Assembly (NCBI GenBank): GCA_034530615.2
Contig: JAVRCV020000049.1
Coordinates: 128,001 to 192,000 of the forward strand
Source: Aulosira sp. ZfuVER01
GTDB lineage: Bacteria > Cyanobacteriota > Cyanobacteriia > Cyanobacteriales > Nostocaceae
DNA: 64,000 nt
Reading direction: 5' to 3'
This document shows positions 1 through 10,781 of the stretch, one piece after another. Positions within the stretch are counted from its first letter, which is position 1. Each line of letters starts with the position of its first letter. The notes under the pieces were generated by a model, which had not been told where the DNA came from, did not search any database, and was given only the letters and a program-made list of their open reading frames with translations. The translations under genes were made by a program, and so were the position numbers.

Positions 1-1639
1 CACCAAAGGCATTAATCAACCCCAACAAATGATTAATGAACAAATAGTAAACTAGGCGTTCGTCGCCAGTAATGGCATTTCTGCACACCGTGTAGCTTCT
101 TTGGCTAAAGCCAGGGAGAATGCGATCTAATTGTTCCTTGAAAGTTGGATAACAGTAATAATCTTGATTATCACGGAAAAAGAAGCGGTAAGGATAACCG
201 TCTTGTAGTTGTAAAATGCTATTTTGTTGATGCGCTTCTAGCCCAATGCCATAGGTAAAGTAAAGCCAAAGCATTGGTTCTAGTGAAATTGTCAGATAAC
301 AGCGAAACCAATCACGGCTAACTTCATCTGTAGTGCGTTGTTCGCGCTTTGCCAGCGTTCTGATAATATTCGTTAGTCGCGAACCATTGTTAAACATAGC
401 ATCCTGACACAGGGATATTACACAAGTTGCATCAGTAGCAGAATTTGTGGGAAAAACATTTTCTCGTAGTAGCAAAGCAAAGCCAGTATTTGGTTCGTCG
501 TCTACTTGCAAAGTAATATAAGCAGGTTCACGGATAATATTGAATTTTGGAAAGCGATCGCGCAGTTCTTGACCAATTTCAGTATTTAATAGGTGATAAA
601 GTTCTACTGCCCGTTTTAACTCTTTATAGTAAAGAACCCGTATTGAGTTAGTAATCTTGACGTTCAAAGACAGTTTGAACATGAACCTGGCATCGGGATG
701 ATAAACTGTACGAATTGAAGAAGTAGGTATAAAAGCTCGCCCTTGTAAACCTAAATCTTGCAACAATCCCTGATTTAATAGCCGCTGAACCAATGGTTGA
801 CGCCGCAGAAAATTTGCCTGCCAAGGATGCACTGGTAACAAGGTATATTCATCCGGGACGCAGTAGCGGAGTTTGAAATTTCCATCCACTTCGGTATCCG
901 CCAAAAGTTCCCCTTTGATTAGTTCTGTAGCGGTTTGTGACAATGCTGAACTTGACTGCACTATCGATTGATGGGCGCGAAAATAGTACAGAGGAAACCG
1001 CCCCTTCAATTCAGGGGAATAAGTAGCTAATTCATCAAAAGCAAAACCTTCACGGCTTTTCGGTGTTGGATGTAAGGGATGCCCAAAAATTAATGCTTGT
1101 TCAGTTTCACTAAAATTACTGTTAAAAGCATAGAGGATATCAGCATCTTGTCGCCGCTGCCCAAGAAATAGTTGCGTATTGCGACAGCTTTGCACTACTC
1201 CTACTAGCAATTCCTCTTGATGTCTGTTGCTACCATCATTTAACGCCAATTCTTTTGTTAGCAGCGCAACTAAGGTGACATAATCTGCTTCTAAAAGCGT
1301 ATTATTGCCTCCTGGTTGATAATAAATGGGAAAGTAAAATAAATGGCGTCCGGTTAGTGAATAGTAGCGTAAACCAGCTAATATTTGGATGCTTTGATGC
1401 TTTAAGTAACAGCGAATTAATTCTTGAGAGTTGGTACGAATGAACGCCTCATTTATAGCATTATCTATCAGTTCAGTATTGGCTTTTATTCTTTCCCCCG
1501 TAGCAGTTTCTCGCAGATAGCAATTAAAAAAGCTTTGGATTGTTGATTGTTCAGCAATTTGCTTGTCAGTGAGATTTATATCCAGTTGTGGCATTGCAGA
1601 AGTGGTGATGCTTTGGTCTGTCATCTCAATTTTGGTCAT
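1..1639 (-). CDS. IucA/IucC-family NRPS-independent siderophore synthetase, 3' end runs off the window
   Basis: Segments translated manually (absent from the ORF track): MTKIEMTDQ...QSFLNCYLRET, GHPLHPTPKSREGF, EAHQQNSILQLQDGYPYRFFFRDNQ, YYLFINHLLGLINAFG. These are typical IucA/RhbC motifs. Alternative in-frame ATG at 1624. Confidence 0.88.
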   Translation of the reverse strand, partial: MTKIEMTDQSITTSAMPQLDINLTDKQIAEQSTIQSFFNCYLRETATGERIKANTELIDNAINEAFIRTNSQELIRCYLKHQSIQILAGLRYYSLTGRHLFYFPIYYQPGGNNTLLEADYVTLVALLTKELALNDGSNRHQEELLVGVVQSCRNTQLFLGQRRQDADILYAFNSNFSETEQALIFGHPLHPTPKSREGFAFDELATYSPELKGRFPLYYFRAHQSIVQSSSALSQTATELIKGELLADTEVDGNFKLRYCVPDEYTLLPVHPWQANFLRRQPLVQRLLNQGLLQDLGLQGRAFIPTSSIRTVYHPDARFMFKLSLNVKITNSIRVLYYKELKRAVELYHLLNTEIGQELRDRFPKFNIIREPAYITLQVDDEPNTGFALLLRENVFPTNSATDATCVISLCQDAMFNNGSRLTNIIRTLAKREQRTTDEVSRDWFRCYLTISLEPMLWLYFTYGIGLEAHQQNSILQLQDGYPYRFFFRDNQDYYCYPTFKEQLDRILPGFSQRSYTVCRNAITGDERLVYYLFINHLLGLINAFG

Positions 1640-1903
1640 TTGTCATTGGTGGGGGTTGCGGGTATTTTGACTTACTTAGCTAACCATTGATGAGGGTGCT
1701 ATCTGGGAAAAAATTCGCTCTCAAAAAGCTTAACAGGATTGAAAACCTACCTCATAGGCCTCCTGATTTATTTTTCTTTCGCGTTGGGACTAACAAAAAA
1801 CAAATTCTTACAGTCTCTAAAGTTAAATATGTAACAGTTTAGTTCCCTTGAAGGTAGCTTACTATGTACTGTATGGACTGAGGACAGCTTGAGGTATGCG
1901 TTT

Positions 1904-2620
1904 ATGAAAAGTGTCGTTCAATCCCCCTATAGTAGCGAACAAGTAGCCGCTTGGTTACGTGGATTGTTGACTATTGCTCTAGCAGATGGTGACTTCGACG
2001 CCCATGAAAAGCAATTGATTGCTAGTATCACAGAGAATGAATTAGCTCCCGGTACAAACTTCGATTCTCTGGAAGCGATCGCACCAGAGGAATTAGCCAC
2101 AATTTTGGGTAAGGGGACACCAGCAGCCGAAAATTTCTTACGTACAGCGGTGATGGTCGCGATCGCAGATGGTACATATTCTCCCAGTGAAGACGAAGTT
2201 TTGCAACAGTTGTGTCAAGCCCTAGGACAGCCAAAGGATTTAATCGAAGCCCTGCGCCATACCCTAGAACACACAGAACATCTAGATCCGGCAATAGACA
2301 GTTTTCTACAGCGAGAAGCATCTGAGCAACCGTCTTTAACAATTGCGCCCTATGCACCTCCCCATGATGCACTCACTCCCCTGCGCGATTGGATGGATGG
2401 ACTCGATATTCAAGACCCTAGAGTTGCCCGTTTTTTATGTAAAATGATTCCTTCACAGTGTCCCTTTGAACGAGATGTCACACTGTTTGGACGCAAAATT
2501 GTGCATATTCCACCATTATGTAAAATCAACCCGCTTTATGAACAAATGGTAGGCTTACGTTTCCGCGCCCTCTCCTACTTGGCAGATGACTGTGGTGAGG
2601 ATGTTTCGCCATATATCTAA
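1904..2620 (+). CDS. TerB-like / Mo-dependent nitrogenase C-terminal (Mo-nitro_C) domain protein
   Basis: TerB motifs IALADGDFDAHE and VAIADGTYSPSE; C-terminal CPFERD...HIPPLCKINPLYEQ motif. ATG at 1904 preferred over TTG at 1889. Confidence 0.85.
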   Translation: MKSVVQSPYSSEQVAAWLRGLLTIALADGDFDAHEKQLIASITENELAPGTNFDSLEAIAPEELATILGKGTPAAENFLRTAVMVAIADGTYSPSEDEVLQQLCQALGQPKDLIEALRHTLEHTEHLDPAIDSFLQREASEQPSLTIAPYAPPHDALTPLRDWMDGLDIQDPRVARFLCKMIPSQCPFERDVTLFGRKIVHIPPLCKINPLYEQMVGLRFRALSYLADDCGEDVSPYI

Positions 2621-2830
2621 GTGCTGAGTGCTTAGTGCTAAGTTAAAAGTAAAGTGTAAGGAGTAAGGAATTGCAGTTATTTTCAGGTAAATTAACCACA
2701 TCTTTTTTGTCTGGCGCACATCGGAAAGTAATAATACAAGATTGTGGTTTGAATCGATGAAAAATGCTGTAATGAAAAACTTATAATTTATAACTCTCAC
2801 TCAGCACTCAAGACTCAGCACTTAGCACTC
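2621..2830. repeat. STRR-type heptamer repeats (GTGCTGA/TCAGCAC) in opposite orientation at both ends of the spacer
   Basis: gtgctgagtgcttagtgctaag at 2621-2642 and actcagcactcaagactcagcacttagcactc at ~2799-2830. Confidence 0.75.
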
Positions 2831-2837
2831 TAAAAAT

Positions 2838-3866
2838 ATGCAATTTATCGATCAAGCAGTAATTGAAGTGGAAGCTGGCAAAGGTGGCGATGGTATTGTC
2901 GCCTTCCGACGCGAGAAGTATGTACCAGCTGGCGGCCCTTCTGGTGGTAATGGCGGACGGGGTGGTTCAGTAATTTTTGTGGCTGTAGAAAATCTGCAAA
3001 CTCTACTAGATTTCCGATACAATCATAGATTTCAAGCAGAAAATGGTGGTCGTGGCGGCCCAAATAATTGCACTGGCGCATCAGGAAAGGATTTGATCGT
3101 TGAAGTTCCTTGCGGTACTGCTATTTATGATGCCTCAACAGGTTCTTTGCTAGAGGATTTAATCGAACCTGGACAACGTTTTCGAGCTGCGGAAGGTGGT
3201 AAAGGCGGATTGGGAAACCAGCATTTCTTGAGTAACCGCAACCGCGCCCCAGAATACGCCCTCCCCGGACTACCAGGGGAAATGAAAGTACTGCGCTTGG
3301 AATTGAAACTTTTGGCTGAGGTGGGAATTATTGGTTTACCAAATGCTGGCAAATCTACTTTAATTTCATCACTGTCAGCCGCACGTCCCAAAATTGCTGA
3401 CTATCCTTTCACTACCCTCATCCCCAATTTGGGTGTAGTCCGTAAACCGTCTGGCGATGGTACAGTTTTTGCCGATATCCCAGGACTCATTGAAGGGGCT
3501 TCTCATGGGGCGGGGCTGGGATACGACTTTTTACGCCACATTGAGCGTACACGAGTACTGCTGCACTTAATAGATGCTACGAGTGAAGATGTGGTGGGTG
3601 ACTTCCTGACGATTCAGCAAGAATTAAAAGCCTACGGACGGGGTTTAGCAGAACGTCCGCAAATTTTAGCACTGAATAAAATTGATGCAGTCGATCGGGA
3701 AACTGTAGATTTAGAGGCATTGGCTACTGAGTTAAATCATCGTTCTTACGCTCCAGTTTTCTTAATTTCAGCAGTTACCCGCACTGGTTTAGAGCCGATG
3801 TTACAAGAACTTTGGGGAATTCTTGACCAAATTGATGCTGCTGAAGAAGTAGAAGTATTAGGTTAG
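2838..3866 (+). CDS. obgE: GTPase ObgE/CgtA
   Basis: FIDQA...[19 protein letters not shown] Obg domain; [22 protein letters not shown] motifs. Confidence 0.98.
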   Translation: MQFIDQAVIEVEAGKGGDGIVAFRREKYVPAGGPSGGNGGRGGSVIFVAVENLQTLLDFRYNHRFQAENGGRGGPNNCTGASGKDLIVEVPCGTAIYDASTGSLLEDLIEPGQRFRAAEGGKGGLGNQHFLSNRNRAPEYALPGLPGEMKVLRLELKLLAEVGIIGLPNAGKSTLISSLSAARPKIADYPFTTLIPNLGVVRKPSGDGTVFADIPGLIEGASHGAGLGYDFLRHIERTRVLLHLIDATSEDVVGDFLTIQQELKAYGRGLAERPQILALNKIDAVDRETVDLEALATELNHRSYAPVFLISAVTRTGLEPMLQELWGILDQIDAAEEVEVLG

Positions 3867-3876
3867 GTGAAATCCT

Positions 3877-4464
3877 ATGACTATTGCACAGACACAACAA
3901 TATTATTCACCTGAAGAATACCTAGAATTAGAAGTTAATTCTGAGGAACGCCATGAATATATTGATGGTCAAATTATTCTAAAGCCTGGTGGAACACCAA
4001 ATCACAACCAAATAACTGGTAACTTCTGTGCTGCGCTCAATTTTGCTCTCAAAGGTCAGCCTTATCGAGCCTTTGTCACTGACCAGCGTCTATGGGTTCC
4101 TAACAGGCGAATTCACACTTATCCAGATGTAATGGTAGTCAAAACTCCTTTGGAGTATCAGGAAGGAAGACGCGACACTTTGATTAATCCAATATTTATT
4201 GCTGAGGTGTTATCCAAATCTACTAAAAGTTATGACAGGGATGAGAAGTTTGCTGCTTATCGGACAATTCCTAGTTTTCAAGAGTATATTTTGATTGATC
4301 AATATAGGATGCATGTTGAGCAGTATTTTAAAACAGAAAACAATAAATGGATATTTTCGGAATATGAAGAGGGGGATGTAATTTTATCCCTGGCTTCTGT
4401 TTCTTTTCAAATTTCACTAGCAGATATTTACGATAAGGTGGATTTTGATGTAGAACAAGAGTAA
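3877..4464 (+). CDS. Uma2-family (DUF820) putative endonuclease
   Basis: EEYLELE..SEERHEYIDG, YPDVMV, IAEVLSKST..YDR.EKF..Y..IPS.QEYILIDQ. Confidence 0.92.
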   Translation: MTIAQTQQYYSPEEYLELEVNSEERHEYIDGQIILKPGGTPNHNQITGNFCAALNFALKGQPYRAFVTDQRLWVPNRRIHTYPDVMVVKTPLEYQEGRRDTLINPIFIAEVLSKSTKSYDRDEKFAAYRTIPSFQEYILIDQYRMHVEQYFKTENNKWIFSEYEEGDVILSLASVSFQISLADIYDKVDFDVEQE

Positions 4465-4827
4465 GGTGAAACTGAGCAATTTTTCTTTCAAGCTTACTCT
4501 AAAAGTGCTTTGAAAACTGCCTAATAACCTGAACTTGTCACCAATAAATCTGGGCTGATTATTGAGAATATATTGTTAAGTATAATAACTTATCGAGTAT
4601 TACACTGAATCAGGAATTTCATCGGATATCTGATATAGCGATCGCCAAATAGTCTGTTGGTTTACTCATAGAGGTTGCTAGCTGCACTAATCTGTTCAGT
4701 TTAGTTATTTGGGGAATTCGCTAACGGTATCAGAAACGTCATCCGCAAGCAAAAAGGCGATCGCTTTTTTGAAAATTTAGAATGCGGACTGGGAACACTA
4801 ACTCCAGGTTAATAAGAGTTAGTGGCT

Positions 4828-7800
4828 ATGGTCAGCACATTTGAAGTTCAATTACCTGCTTATAGCATTAAAGACAAAATTTATACTGGTACGCGAACGC
4901 TAGTTTACCGAGGAATCAGGAAGCAAGATCGGAAACCAGTAGCAATCAAGCTGATGCGTTTGGAATACCCTAGCTTCCACGAACTCTTACAATTTCGCAA
5001 CCAGTATGTAATTGCCAAAAATCTTGGCATACCTGGTGTGGTTCAGCCTTATAGTTTAGAAAACTACCATAACGGTTACGCTTTAGTTATGGAGGATTTT
5101 GGCGGAATATCTCTCAAAGAATGGGGAATAGAGCAGAGAAATACGCAATTCATCGCAAATTTCTTACTAGTAGCAATTACCATTGCAGATATCTTACACC
5201 AACTCCACAGCGATGCCTGCGGCGGGCTACGTTTAGGCGTAATTCATAAAGATATTAAACCAGCCAATATTTTAATTAATCCAGAAACAAAAGAAGTAAA
5301 GTTAATAGATTTTAGTATTGCCTCTTTTTTACCGCGAGAAGTCCAAGAAATTCAAAGTTTTAATGTTTTAGAAGGAACTCTAGCTTATTTATCTCCCGAA
5401 CAAACTGGACGCATGAACCGCGGAGTTGACTATCGCACAGATTTTTACTCTCTAGGTGTAACTTTTTACGAAATACTAACTGGACAATTACCCTTTTATT
5501 CAGAAGATCCAATTGAATTAATTCACGCTCATTTAGCAAAACAAGCAACACCACCTCATCAGATTAATCCTGCTATCCCCCAGACAATTTCGCAAATTAT
5601 TACCAAATTAATGGCGAAAAATGCAGAGTCACGCTATCAAAGTGCTTTGGGTTTGAAATATGACTTGGAAACTTGCTTACACAGCTTACAAGAGACAGGA
5701 GAAATTCCAGATTTTGAAATTGGTAAAAAAGATATTCAAAACCATTTTTTGATACCCGAAAAGCTTTATGGTAGAGAGCAGGAAGTTCAAACATTACTAG
5801 ATGCATTTGAACGGGTTGCAAATGGCGCATCCGAATTAATGTTAGTAGCAGGATTTTCAGGAATTGGTAAAACCGCAGTTGTCAACGAAGTTCATAAACC
5901 GATAGTCAAACAACGCGGATACTTTATCAAAGGAAAATTTGACCAATTCAATCGCAATATTCCCTTCTCAGCATTTGTGCAAGCATTTCGCAATTTGATG
6001 GGTCAATTATTAACAGAGCCAGATGCAATAATTCAAGAATGGAAAACAAAAATCATCGCAGCCTTAGGCGAAAATGGTCAGGTAATTATTGAAGTTATAC
6101 CCGAATTAAAGTTAATTATTGGTCAGCAACCACCAGCACCAGATTTATCCGGTAGTGCTGCTCAAAACCGTTTTAATTTATTACTGCAACAATTTATTCA
6201 AGTATTTACTACTAAAGAGCATCCATTAGTACTGTTTTTGGATGATTTACAATGGGCTGATTCTGCTTCTTTGAAACTCATAGAGTTGTTGATAGGTAAT
6301 ACAAATAATGGTTATTTGTTATTAATCGGGGCATATAGAGATAATGAAGTTACACCTGCCCATCCCTTGATGTTAACTCTAGAAAAAATTACCCAACTTG
6401 CTGCTACGGTTAATACTATTATATTGCAGAATCTCAGTTATTTAAAACTGAATCAATTAGTAGCAGATACATTGGGTTGCGTAGAAGATTTGGCATGGAC
6501 TCTTTCACAATTAATCTATCAAAAAACCCAAGGCAATCCCTTTTTTGCTACCCAGTTTCTCAAAGCATTACATCAAGAGGGGTTAATTGAGTTCAATGTA
6601 TCAGAGGGATGTTGGCAATGTGATATTACACAAATTAATCTGCAAGCGCTAACCGATGATGTAGTTGAATTTATGGCCTTTCAACTGCGAAAGCTACCGC
6701 AATCAACTCAACAAGTCCTCAAACTAGCTGCTTGTATTGGTAATCAATTTGATTTAAAAATATTGGCAACTGTTTCTGAAAAGTCAGAGGTAGAAACTGC
6801 TACTTGTCTGTGGAATGCCTTACATGAAAGTTTAATTTTACCCCAAAATAATGTATACAAATTTTACGTGGGTGAGGTAAATCAAGTAGTTGCTCAGGAA
6901 AGTTCTGAGATTGTTGCGTACAAATTTCTGCACGATCGCGTTCAACAAGCTGCTTACTCTTTAATTCCTGAATCTCACAAGAAATCTACTCATTTAAAGA
7001 TTGGGCAGCTACTTTTAAAAAACACATCCACTGAAGCACTGGAAGCAAGTATTTTTGAGATTGTTAGTCAGTTAAATCAAGGAATTGAGATCGTTACTCA
7101 ACAATCTGAAAAATACAATTTAGCTCAACTTAATTTGATAGCTGGGAGAAAAGCAAAAGCTTCTACGGCTTATAAAGCAGCCGTAAAATATTTGACATTA
7201 GGTATGGAATTACTGTTAGAAAATAGTTGGAAAAGTCACTACACGCTGACATTCGGATTATATCGAGAATTGGCAGAGTGTGAATATTTAACTGGTAATT
7301 TAAATCAAGCTGAAAAACTATTCGATTTAGCTTTAAGTCATGCTCAAAATCAGTTTGAACAAGCAGATATTTATGCTGTTCAGATGTATCTGAAAATGAC
7401 CCAAGGTGAAAATATCCAAGCTGCTTGTGAAGCGGGATTGCAAGGGTTAAGCGTTATGGGAATGCAACTCCCGATCGCCATTGCAGAACAACAAGCCGCT
7501 ATCAAAACTGAACTAGAAGAGTTAAACACTAAACTTGCCAAGATTCAGCCAACAGATTTATTTAATCTACCGGAAATGACAGACCCTGTGAAGAAGGTCT
7601 GTATGAGTCTTTTAGCTGACCTTTGGGCAGCTACTTATATGGCAGGTCATCAATACCTTGCTGGGCTGAGTCCTTTACTGATGATTAATTTATCGTTGAA
7701 ATATGGCAATGCTCAAGCTTCTGGTTTTGCTTACTGTCTTTATGGGATGAGTTTGGCTAATCAAGGAGATTATCAAACAGCTTATGAGTTCGGCACATTA

Positions 7801-10680
7801 GCTCAAAAACTCGATCGCCATTTCAATAGCACCAAGTTTATTTATAAGACGAATAATATTTTTGCACATACTATTAATCCTTATAATCGGCATTTGAAAA
7901 CGAATTTAGCGGTGTCTGAGCAATCGTTTCAAACTAGCCGAGAAGCTGGAGATGTTGTGTTTGGTGTCTGGGCAGTTTCGTTTTTGATTTGGGCAATGTT
8001 AGTCAAAGGCGATCGCCTGGCTGATGTTTATGCAGAAACCGAGAAATATCTCGCTTATGTACAGCAGGTTAACGATGTGAATATGCTGTATGCCTTTACA
8101 TTACAGCGACAGTTCCTGCTAAATCTGCAAGACTCCTCTCAAAAAACTGATTTATTAAGCGATCGCCATGACGAGGAAGTTCTATATATAGACGTTTGGC
8201 GGCAAAAGCAGAACTTTGAACACGGAATTAATTGGTACTGCTTTCTCAAATTACAACTTGCATACATTTATGGGCGCTATGCAGAAGGCGTTGCAGCAGC
8301 AAGAGAAACAGAGAAAACCTTACCTGCTAACGCTGGATTTTTCCCGATTATTCAATACCATTTCTATTACCCCCTCTGTTTAGCCGCACTCTATACGGCT
8401 GCGACATCAGAGGAAAAACAGCAGTATTGGCAGCTTCTACAAGAACATCGCCAAATTATCAAACAATGGGCGGATAATTGCTCAGAAAATTTTCAACATC
8501 GCTATCTATTGCTATCTGCGGAAATGTTAAAAATTTCTGGCAGGGGTATTGAAGCCATAGATTTATACGATCGCGCCATTGCTTTTGCCAAAGCCAACGA
8601 ATATATCCAAGAAGAAGCGATCGCTAATGAACTCGCCGCCAAGTTTTATTTGGAATGGGGTAAAGAAAAAGTGGCCGCAGGCTATATGCAAGAAGCTTAC
8701 TACTGTTATGCGCGGTGGGGAGCATTAACTAAAACCCAAGATCTGGAAAACCGCTATCCCGATTTGTTGCGCCCAATTTTGCATCAATCAGCCCAAAGCC
8801 TAAATCCCTTGGAAACCTTAGCTGCGATTGTGGGTTCTAATGCTACGATTCAAACCTCTACCATTAGCTGCGCGTCCAGCACTAGCATTAATGCAGCCAT
8901 TGATTTCGCTACAATCCTCCAAGCCTCTCAAGCCATTTCTAGCACAATTGAATTAGATGAATTGCTGCACCAACTAAGCCAAATTATTCTCCAACATTCT
9001 GGCAGCGATCGCTGTGCTTTAATCCTACCTGATAGCTATGGCGACTGGCACCTAAGAGCTATTGCTACACCTGAAATCACAGAACTTTGTTCCCAACCTT
9101 TAGAAGGCAATTCTAACTTACCGATCAAGCTGATACAGTACGTCAAAAACACCAAAGAAATCGTTATCATCAACAATCTCAAAACCGATCTACCCGTAAT
9201 TGACGAATATTTGACTCAGCGACAACCTAAGAGTGTACTGTGCTTGCCAATTCTTAATCAGGGGCATTTAATTGGGATTTTGTATTTGAAGAATTACTCA
9301 ACCAGTGATGTATTTACAAGCGATCATATTCTCATACTTAACTTTCTTTGTACTCAAGCTGCCATTTCTCTGGAAAATGCACGACTCCACGCCCTAGAAC
9401 GGGAGAAATCTTATCATCTAGAGCAATCTCAACGAAGATTGCAACTAATCATTCAACAAACACCTGTAGCTGTAATGGAATGGAATACTAGTTTTGAATT
9501 TCAGTCTTGGAACCCAGCAGCAGCAAAAGTTTTTGGCTATCGAGAAGAGGAAATTTTAGGTAGACATTTCCGTTGCATTATTCCCGAAGAGTATCATATT
9601 TATGTAGATGATGTTGCCACCCAAATTTTAGAGCAAAGTGGGGGATCTCATGCAATTAACGAAAACTTGACTAAGGATGGGAAACGTATTATTTGTGAGT
9701 GGTTTAATGCACCAATGTTTAACTCGAATGGTGAAGTTTGTGGTGCAGTTTCGATGGCTTTAGATATTAGCGATCGCAAACTGGCTGAAGCTGCTGTAAA
9801 GCAAAAATCTCAAGAACTAGAACAAGCACTGCAAACCTTACAACAAGCACAATTACAAATTGTTCAAAGCGAAAAAATGTCTGCTTTAGGTAATCTTGTT
9901 GCAGGTGTTGCTCACGAAATTAATAACCCTGTTGGCTTTATTAATGGTAATATTGAACCAGCATACGAAAGCGTTCAAGATTTATTTAATTTGCTCGAAC
10001 TTTATCAAGATAAATTTCCTCAACCAGGTGAAGAAATCGAGTTAGAAATTGAAAATATTGATTTAGAATATCTGCAAGAAGATTTACCAAAATTAATTTA
10101 TTCAATGAAAGAAGGAGTGCAACGTATCCGCGAAATTAGTAATAGTTTGCGTATCTTCTCTCGCGCTGATTCTGAATATAAAGTTCCTTTTAACATTCAT
10201 GATGGTTTAGATAGTACTATCTTAATTCTCAAACATCGCCTCAAATCTAACGAAAACCATCCAGCAATTGAAATTATTAAAAATTATGGTAATTTACCCC
10301 AAATAGAGTGCTTCCCTGGACAGTTAAATCAGGTATTTATGAATTTATTGGCCAATGCTATTGATGCATTGGAAGAGTCAAATATCGGACGTAGTTTTGC
10401 TGATATTCAAGCTCACCCCAATCAGATAGCTATTACTACACAACTGAGTGAGAATTCCAAGCAAGTAAATATTAGCATCAAAGATAATGGTATAGGAATG
10501 ACACAAGAAATCAAAGATAAAGTTTTTGACCATCTTTATACTACGAAAATGGTTGGCAAAGGTACAGGTTTAGGATTAGCGATCGCCCGGCAAATTATTG
10601 TTGAAAAACATGGGGGTAATCTCGAAGTTAATTCCGCACCAACTCAAGGAGCAGAGTTTGTAATTACACTACCCATGTGA
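4828..10680 (+). CDS. Hybrid Ser/Thr kinase - AAA ATPase - GAF - PAS - histidine kinase (HstK-like)
   Basis: VAIK, HKDIKPANI, DFS kinase motifs; GFSGIGKT and LFLDDLQWAD NTPase motifs; GAF; PAS (WNPAAAKVFGY..EEILG); AHEINNP H-box; N box and GKGTGLGL G box. Confidence 0.93.
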   Translation: MVSTFEVQLPAYSIKDKIYTGTRTLVYRGIRKQDRKPVAIKLMRLEYPSFHELLQFRNQYVIAKNLGIPGVVQPYSLENYHNGYALVMEDFGGISLKEWGIEQRNTQFIANFLLVAITIADILHQLHSDACGGLRLGVIHKDIKPANILINPETKEVKLIDFSIASFLPREVQEIQSFNVLEGTLAYLSPEQTGRMNRGVDYRTDFYSLGVTFYEILTGQLPFYSEDPIELIHAHLAKQATPPHQINPAIPQTISQIITKLMAKNAESRYQSALGLKYDLETCLHSLQETGEIPDFEIGKKDIQNHFLIPEKLYGREQEVQTLLDAFERVANGASELMLVAGFSGIGKTAVVNEVHKPIVKQRGYFIKGKFDQFNRNIPFSAFVQAFRNLMGQLLTEPDAIIQEWKTKIIAALGENGQVIIEVIPELKLIIGQQPPAPDLSGSAAQNRFNLLLQQFIQVFTTKEHPLVLFLDDLQWADSASLKLIELLIGNTNNGYLLLIGAYRDNEVTPAHPLMLTLEKITQLAATVNTIILQNLSYLKLNQLVADTLGCVEDLAWTLSQLIYQKTQGNPFFATQFLKALHQEGLIEFNVSEGCWQCDITQINLQALTDDVVEFMAFQLRKLPQSTQQVLKLAACIGNQFDLKILATVSEKSEVETATCLWNALHESLILPQNNVYKFYVGEVNQVVAQESSEIVAYKFLHDRVQQAAYSLIPESHKKSTHLKIGQLLLKNTSTEALEASIFEIVSQLNQGIEIVTQQSEKYNLAQLNLIAGRKAKASTAYKAAVKYLTLGMELLLENSWKSHYTLTFGLYRELAECEYLTGNLNQAEKLFDLALSHAQNQFEQADIYAVQMYLKMTQGENIQAACEAGLQGLSVMGMQLPIAIAEQQAAIKTELEELNTKLAKIQPTDLFNLPEMTDPVKKVCMSLLADLWAATYMAGHQYLAGLSPLLMINLSLKYGNAQASGFAYCLYGMSLANQGDYQTAYEFGTLAQKLDRHFNSTKFIYKTNNIFAHTINPYNRHLKTNLAVSEQSFQTSREAGDVVFGVWAVSFLIWAMLVKGDRLADVYAETEKYLAYVQQVNDVNMLYAFTLQRQFLLNLQDSSQKTDLLSDRHDEEVLYIDVWRQKQNFEHGINWYCFLKLQLAYIYGRYAEGVAAARETEKTLPANAGFFPIIQYHFYYPLCLAALYTAATSEEKQQYWQLLQEHRQIIKQWADNCSENFQHRYLLLSAEMLKISGRGIEAIDLYDRAIAFAKANEYIQEEAIANELAAKFYLEWGKEKVAAGYMQEAYYCYARWGALTKTQDLENRYPDLLRPILHQSAQSLNPLETLAAIVGSNATIQTSTISCASSTSINAAIDFATILQASQAISSTIELDELLHQLSQIILQHSGSDRCALILPDSYGDWHLRAIATPEITELCSQPLEGNSNLPIKLIQYVKNTKEIVIINNLKTDLPVIDEYLTQRQPKSVLCLPILNQGHLIGILYLKNYSTSDVFTSDHILILNFLCTQAAISLENARLHALEREKSYHLEQSQRRLQLIIQQTPVAVMEWNTSFEFQSWNPAAAKVFGYREEEILGRHFRCIIPEEYHIYVDDVATQILEQSGGSHAINENLTKDGKRIICEWFNAPMFNSNGEVCGAVSMALDISDRKLAEAAVKQKSQELEQALQTLQQAQLQIVQSEKMSALGNLVAGVAHEINNPVGFINGNIEPAYESVQDLFNLLELYQDKFPQPGEEIELEIENIDLEYLQEDLPKLIYSMKEGVQRIREISNSLRIFSRADSEYKVPFNIHDGLDSTILILKHRLKSNENHPAIEIIKNYGNLPQIECFPGQLNQVFMNLLANAIDALEESNIGRSFADIQAHPNQIAITTQLSENSKQVNISIKDNGIGMTQEIKDKVFDHLYTTKMVGKGTGLGLAIARQIIVEKHGGNLEVNSAPTQGAEFVITLPM
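5210..5238 (+). mobile_element. 21-nt short dispersed repeat (SDR5-like) inserted in a former HIP1 site, in frame
   Basis: GCGAT + GCCTGCGGCGGGCTACGTTTA + GGC adds 7 extra residues (..HSD-ACGGLRL-GVIHKDIKP) where homologous kinases have none. Confidence 0.75.
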
Positions 10681-10781
10681 ACGCAAATAAACAAAAACTA
10701 CTTTGAGAGTTACCCTATGTTGCTCAACGACAATTTGGGGGAGATTTGGCGAAGCTATCACCAAGTGCAAACGTGCAGAGT

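Noticed and set aside
1904..2620. Nitrogen fixation role implied by the Mo-nitro_C domain name
   Set aside because: No nif genes in the window; the domain name alone is not evidence of nitrogenase function.
2821..2830. CIRCE half-site TTAGCACTC
   Set aside because: No GAGTGCTAA nine bases downstream; it is part of the STRR heptamer array.
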